Of a stretch of 64,000 nucleotides of DNA, positions 56,523 through 64,000 are shown one piece after another. A program made the position numbers and the translations under genes. A model generated the notes under the pieces. It saw only the letters and a list, made by a program, of their open reading frames with translations, made no database searches and was not told where the DNA came from. This DNA is from an uncultured Actinomycetota bacterium (GTDB lineage: Bacteria > Actinomycetota > Actinomycetes > Actinomycetales > Dermatophilaceae): positions 297,422-361,421 of the forward strand of contig CAVPNU010000005.1 in the NCBI GenBank assembly GCA_963706855.1. The letters are read 5' to 3'. Each line of letters begins with the position of its first letter. Positions within the stretch are counted from its first letter, which is position 1.

Positions 56523-58467
56523 ATGACCCATGTCACCGACAGCGAGTCGCGCGCGGTGGCCGAGGCCGCCCGCGAGACCGAATGGGACCGTCCCAGCTTC
56601 GCGCGCGGCCTCTATCTCGGGCGGTTCGACCTCGACCTGGTCCATCCCCATCCTCGCGCCCGGCCGGAGGACGAGGCGCGCGGCGAGGAGTTCCTGAAGC
56701 GGCTGCGCGAGGTCTGCGAGGGCTTCGACGGGACCCGGATCGAGCGCGACGACCGCATCCCGGACGAGTACCTCGCGGCGCTCACCGAGATCGGCGCCTT
56801 CGGGATGAAGATCCCGCGCGAGTACGGCGGTCTGGGGCTGACCATGTCGTCGTACGGCAAGGCGCTGGTCCTCGCCGGGTCGGCGCACCCGAGCATCGGC
56901 GCGCTGCTGTCGGCGCACCAGTCGATCGGCGTCCCCGAGCCGGTCAAGCTCGTCGGCACGCCTGAGCAGAAGCAGGCCTTCCTCCCCCGCTGCGCGGCCG
57001 GCGCGATCTCGGCCTTCCTCCTCACCGAGCCCGACGTCGGATCCGACCCGGCCCGGATGGCGAGCACGGCCACCCCGACGCCGGACGGCACGGCATACCT
57101 GCTCGACGGGGTGAAGCTGTGGACCACCAACGGCGTCGTCGCCGAGCTGCTCGTCGTCATGGCGCGGGTGCCCGCTCGCGATGGCGAGCGCGGCGGCATC
57201 ACGGCGTTCGTCGTCGAGGGCACCAGCGAGGGCATCACCGTGGAGCGGCGCAACTCGTTCATGGGGCTCAAGGGGCTCGAGAACGGCCTGACCCGGTTCC
57301 ACCAGGTGCGGGTGCCGGCCGAGAACCGGCTGGGCGCCGAGGGCGAGGGGCTCAAGATCGCGCTGACGACCCTGAACGCCGGCCGCCTGTCCATCCCGGC
57401 GATGTGCGCGGCTGCAGGCAAGTGGTCGCTCAAGATCGCCCGCGAGTGGTCGGGCGCCCGGGTCCAGTGGGGCCGGCCGGTGGGCGAGCACGAGGCGGTG
57501 GCCCAGAAGATCGCGTTCATCGCGGCCACGACGTACGGGCTCGAGTCGGTGCTCGAGCTGTCGGCGCAGCTCGCCGACGCCGGTGGCAAGGACATCCGGA
57601 TCGAGGCGGCCCTGGCCAAGCTCTGGGCCAGCGAGATGGCGTGGCGCATCGCCGACGAGCTCGTGCAGATCCGCGGTGGCCGCGGCTACGAGACGGCGGC
57701 GTCGCTGGCGGCTCGCGGCGAGCGCGCGGTGCCCGTCGAGCAGGTGCTCCGCGACCTGCGGATCAACCGGATCTTCGAGGGCTCGACCGAGATCATGCAC
57801 CTGCTCATCGCCCGCGAGGCGGTCGACGCCCACCTCAAGGCCGCGGGCGACCTGGCCTCACGCGACGCCGACCTGCGTCACAAGGCTCGTGCGGCGGTGG
57901 GTGCCAGCGGCTTCTACGCGACGGTGGCTGCCGCACCTCGTGGCAGGCCAGGGGAACCTGCCCACCTCGTATGCCGAGTTCGGCCCGCTCGCGGAGCACG
58001 TGCGCTACGTCGAGCGCGCCTCCCGGAAGGTCGCCCGGCAGACGTTCTACGCGATGTCACGGTGGCAGGCCCGGCTGGAGTACCGGCAGGCGTTCCTCGG
58101 ACGGGTCGTCGACATCGGGGCAGAGCTGTTCGCCATGTCGGCGGCGTGCTCGCGAGCCGCGATGCTGTGCGCCGATGAGGCGGCTGGTCGCGGGAGCGAT
58201 GGCGGCGGGCGGTCGGCCCAGCAGCTCGCCGACGCCTTCTGCAGCCAGAGCCGGCTGCGGGTGGACCGGCTGTTCGAGGAGCTGTGGACCAACACCGACG
58301 ACCGGGACCGGCGGGTGGCCCAGGGCGTGCTGGCCGGCGACTACCGGTGGCTGGAGGCGGGGGTGCTCGACCCGTCCGAGGGCACCGGGCCCTGGATCGC
58401 CCCGTGGTCGCCGGGACCGAGCGAAAGCGAGTCGGTCTGGCGCAGTGCGGTGAGCCGGCTGCGCTGA
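56523..58467 (+). CDS. long-form acyl-CoA dehydrogenase with a C-terminal extension. Frameshift near 57920.
   Basis: ACAD N-terminal, middle and C-terminal domains in the 56310 frame (start MTHVTDSES). The extra C-terminal domain continues in the 57583-58467 frame. Confidence 0.75.
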
Positions 58468-58488
58468 GCCCGGCTCGCCGAGACTCGC

Positions 58489-59583
<1,095 letters not shown>

Positions 59584-60519
59584 TCAGAAGCCCAGCCGCT
59601 GGAGCTGCTTGGGGTCGCGCTGCCAGTCCTTGGCGATCTTGACGTGGAGGTCGAGGTGCACGCGCTGCCCCAGCAGCTCCTCGATGCCCTGTCGGGCGGT
59701 CGTGCCCACCTCGCGCAGGCGCGCCCCACCCCGGCCGATGATGATGGCCTTCTGGGACGAGCGCTCGACGAACACGTTGACCCGCACGTCGAGCAGCGGC
59801 TTGCCCTCGGGGCGCCCCTCGCGGGGCAGCATCTCCTCGACCACGACCGCCAGCGAGTGGGGCAGCTCGTCACGCACGCCCTCGAGCGCGGCCTCGCGGA
59901 CCAGCTCGGCGATCATGACGGCCTCGGGCTCGTCGGTGAGCACGCCCTCGGGGTACAGCGGGCCGGGCGAGCTCGGCAGGTAGGAGGCGAGCACGCCGGC
60001 GACCTCCTCGACCTGGGTGCCGTCGACGGCCGAGCACGGCACGATGGCATCCCAGCTGCCGAGCTGGTCGATGGCGATCAGGTGCTCGGCCAGCCGCTGC
60101 CGGTCGACCCGGTCGGTCTTGGTCGCGATCGCCACGACGGGTCGCCGCTTGGCCTGCTGGAGCTCGGCCAGCTCGCGGGCGATGAAGGAGTCGCCGGGGC
60201 CGATCCGCTGGTCCGCGGGCAGGCAGAACCCGATGACGTCCACCTCGAGCAGCGTCTCGCGGACCACGTCGTTGAGCCGCTCACCGAGCAGGGTGCGCGG
60301 CTTGTGCAGCCCGGGAGTGTCCACCAGCACCAGCTGGTACTGGTCGGTGGTGACGATGCCGCGGATCGTGTGCCGGGTCGTCTGCGGCTTCGAGGACGTG
60401 ATCGCGACCTTCTGGCCGACGAGCGCGTTCGTGAGGGTGGACTTGCCCGCGTTGGGGCGGCCGACGAGGCACGCAAAGCCCGCGGCATACGGCCTGTCGG
60501 TCATGACACTGCCTTTCAT
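59584..60519 (-). CDS. era: GTPase Era
   Basis: G1 GRPNAGKST, G3 DTPG, and a KH domain at the C-terminus. Start chosen at the ATG preceded by an AGGAG RBS. Confidence 0.88.
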   Translation of the reverse strand: MKGSVMTDRPYAAGFACLVGRPNAGKSTLTNALVGQKVAITSSKPQTTRHTIRGIVTTDQYQLVLVDTPGLHKPRTLLGERLNDVVRETLLEVDVIGFCLPADQRIGPGDSFIARELAELQQAKRRPVVAIATKTDRVDRQRLAEHLIAIDQLGSWDAIVPCSAVDGTQVEEVAGVLASYLPSSPGPLYPEGVLTDEPEAVMIAELVREAALEGVRDELPHSLAVVVEEMLPREGRPEGKPLLDVRVNVFVERSSQKAIIIGRGGARLREVGTTARQGIEELLGQRVHLDLHVKIAKDWQRDPKQLQRLGF

Positions 60520-60520
60520 G

Positions 60521-61851
<1,331 letters not shown>

Positions 61852-61869
61852 GGGAGGCTCACGAGGCGC

Positions 61870-62366
61870 ATCAGGAGGAGGTGCGGCCGCGACCGGCGAG
61901 GAAGGTCAGCAGCAGCTGGCGCTGGAGCTCGAACATCTCGCGCTCCTCCTCGGGCTCCGCGTGGTCGTAGCCGAGCAGGTGCAGGATGCCGTGGGTCGTC
62001 AGGAGCAGCAGCTCCTCCTCGGTCGCGTGACCCGCCTCGGCGGCCTGCCGGGCGGCCACCGACGGGCACAGGACGATGTCGCCGAGGACGCCCTCCTGCG
62101 GGTCGTCGCCCTCGCGCCCGGGCCGCAGCTCGTCCATGGGGAAGCTCATCACGTCGGTCGGGCCCGGGCAGGTCCATCCACTGCACGTGGAGCACCTCCA
62201 TGGCCGCCTCGTCGACGAGCCGCAGGCACAGGTCGGCGCCGGGGTGCACCCGCATCTGCTCCATGACGTACTTGCTCAGCGCCACCAGCTCGAGCTCGTC
62301 GAGCTGGTGGTCGGTCTCATTGAGAACGTCGACGCTCACGCTGACCTCGCCCTCCTCGACCTGCAT
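61870..62366 (-). CDS. ybeY: rRNA maturation endoribonuclease YbeY. Frameshift near 62155.
   Basis: HGxLHLxGYDH metal-binding motif ([11 protein letters not shown]) in the 61871-62152 frame. N-terminus in the 61848-62366 frame. Confidence 0.8.
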
Positions 62367-63403
62367 CCCGGCCGTCCCGCTGGTCGCGGTGCTGGACCTC
62401 GTCCCAGCGGCCGTAGGCGTCGACGATGGCGCCGACGAGCCGGTGCCGCACGACGTCCTGGGGGGTCAGCATCGAGAAGTGGATGTCCTCGACGTCCGCC
62501 AGGATCTCGCGGACGACGCGCAGGCCCGACTTCGTGCCGTCGGGCAGGTCGACCTGGGTGACGTCACCCGTGACCACCATCTTGGAGCCGAACCCGAGCC
62601 GGGTCAGGAACATCTTCATCTGTTCCGGCGAGGTGTTCTGGGCCTCGTCGAGGATGATGAACGCGTCGTTCAACGAGCGGCCACGCATGTAGGCGAGCGG
62701 GGCGACCTCGATGGTGCCGGCTGCCATGAGACGCGGGATCGACTCGGGGTCGACCATGTCGTGCAGCGCGTCGTAGAGCGGGCGCAGGTAGGGGTCGATC
62801 TTGTCGTTGAGCGTGCCGGGCAGGAAGCCGAGCCGCTCCCCCGCCTCGACGGCCGGCCGGGTCAGGATGATCCGGTTGACCTGCTTGGCCTGGAGCGCTG
62901 CGACCGCCTTGGCCATCGCCAGATAGGTCTTGCCTGTGCCTGCGGGGCCGATGCCGAACACGACCGTGTGCTCGTCGATCGCGTCGACGTAGTGCTTCTG
63001 GTTGAGCGTCTTGGGCCGGATGGTGCGACCGCGGTTGCGTCACGATGTTCATGGTGAGCACGTCGGCGGGTCGCTCGGTCGTCTGGGCGCGCAGCATGCT
63101 GATCGACCGCTCCACCGCGTCGCGGTTGAGGGGCTGGCCGCCCTCGATGACGAGCAGCAGCTCGTCGATGGTCCGCTCGGCCAGGGCCACCTCGGCACTC
63201 GGGCCGGACAGGTGGAACTCGTTGCCCCGCACGTGGATCTGCAGCTGCGGGAAGGCTCGCTCCATCGTCCGCAGCAGCTCGTCGCGCGGTCCGAGGAGGG
63301 TGACCATCTGCACCTGCGGCGGGATCACGACGGTGTGTGTGGGCGCGGGCCGGGCGGCATCGGGCGCGCCGTCCAGCGTGGTCGGATGATCGGCGTCAGG
63401 CAT
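62350..63403 (-). CDS. phoH: PhoH-like ATPase. Frameshifts near 63010 and 62390.
   Basis: KH-like N-terminal domain in the 62564-63403 frame. P-loop [13 protein letters not shown] and the PhoH core in the 62317-62961 frame. Confidence 0.8.
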
Positions 63404-63479
63404 GGTCCGTCCAGTCTACGGTGCGCTCAGCCACGGTGCCGCTCAGCAGCCGGCCCCGTCCCGCGGACTGCCAGCCGCG

Positions 63480-63861
63480 TCACCCGGGCGGCCATCCCAT
63501 GACCCGGCCCCCGAGCACGTGGACGTGAGCGTGGAAGACGGTCTGGTGGGCGTCGCGCCCGGTGTTGAAGACCGTGCGGTAGCCGCCCTCGTCGATGCCC
63601 TCCTGATGCGCAACGGCCGCGACCGCGCCCATGAGGGGAGCCACCTCGGCGGGGGCCTGCTCCGACCAGCGCCGCCACAGTCGGCACGTGCCGGCGGGGC
63701 ACGACCACGACGTGGGTCGGCGCCTGGGGCTCGAGGTCGCGGAAGGCGACCGTGTGCTCGTCCTCGTGCACCACGGTGGCGGGGATCTCACCGGCGACGA
63801 TGCGACAGAACACGCAGTCGGGGTCGGTCGGGACGTCGGTCGGAGCCTGCGTGGGCGGCAT
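63480..63861 (-). CDS. HIT-family nucleotide hydrolase. Frameshift near 63660.
   Basis: N-terminus CVFCRIVAGEIP in one frame. Histidine triad HAHVHVL in the 63480-63911 frame. Confidence 0.75.
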
Positions 63862-64000
63862 GAGCCCGAGACTACCGGCGGGTCAACCGAAAGACAGGGT
63901 TGCGCGTCCATGGAGCGTGAGACCGTTGGGTGTGGCTGAGCGGAACCGCCTCGGCGCGGCCGCCGAGAGCTCCGCCGACGCAGGGGTCGCGGAGCTGTAT

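Overview
This 64 kb window is a high-GC (about 70-72%) actinobacterial chromosomal segment with conserved core genes at both ends and a more variable middle (about 16.8-36.2 kb).

The two conserved blocks keep the gene order seen in Mycobacterium and other Actinomycetota. The left block (1-16.8 kb) holds a partial metZ-like gene, a rhodanese, uridine kinase, an Rv2228c-like RNase H/phosphatase fusion, a DUF164 zinc-ribbon protein, Nif3, tRNA-Val, ahpE, DUF3052, YdbT/YdbS-like PH-domain membrane proteins, fdhD, aceE, an epimerase, a PucR-like regulator and fabD-fabH-acpP-fabF. The right block (36.2-64 kb) holds dnaG, dgt, dusB, rhodanese sseA, an ABC-2 exporter, an ECF sigma factor with a putative anti-sigma partner, glyQS, a Zur-box-controlled znuA-znuC-znuB-zur operon, uppS, recO, an AlkB-like oxygenase, leuA, an acyl-CoA dehydrogenase, asd, era, a CNNM/CBS hemolysin-like protein, ybeY, phoH and a HIT protein.

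The variable middle lies between tRNA-Met (28.7 kb) and tRNA-Asn (36.1 kb) and upstream of them. It contains a DUF3145 protein, a disrupted MFS transporter divergent from an ABATE/CGNR regulator, a hemerythrin, a carboxylesterase, an SPFH protein plus a lipoprotein, a PAP2 phosphatase, a GlnQ-like ABC ATPase with a substrate-binding protein but no permease, and about 530 bp of non-coding DNA.

The most unusual content is a four-gene minus-strand signalling operon at 20.7-28.5 kb. It encodes a membrane histidine kinase, a stand-alone receiver, a hybrid kinase with an N-terminal Hpt domain and two C-terminal receivers, and a roughly 1050 aa cytoplasmic PAS/GAF histidine kinase. No output-domain response regulator is encoded with it.

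Two sequence-wide signals look like data or organism-level properties rather than single-gene features. First, many conserved genes, including essential ones, carry single-base frameshifts, mostly in G/C homopolymers. Second, the heptamer GTATGCC/GGCATAC is strongly over-represented. It occurs almost always at Tyr-Ala or Ala-Tyr codon junctions that use the otherwise rare TAT and GCA codons, as if an underlying GTACGCC motif were systematically read or mutated as GTATGCC.

No CRISPR array, integrase, transposase or rRNA was found.
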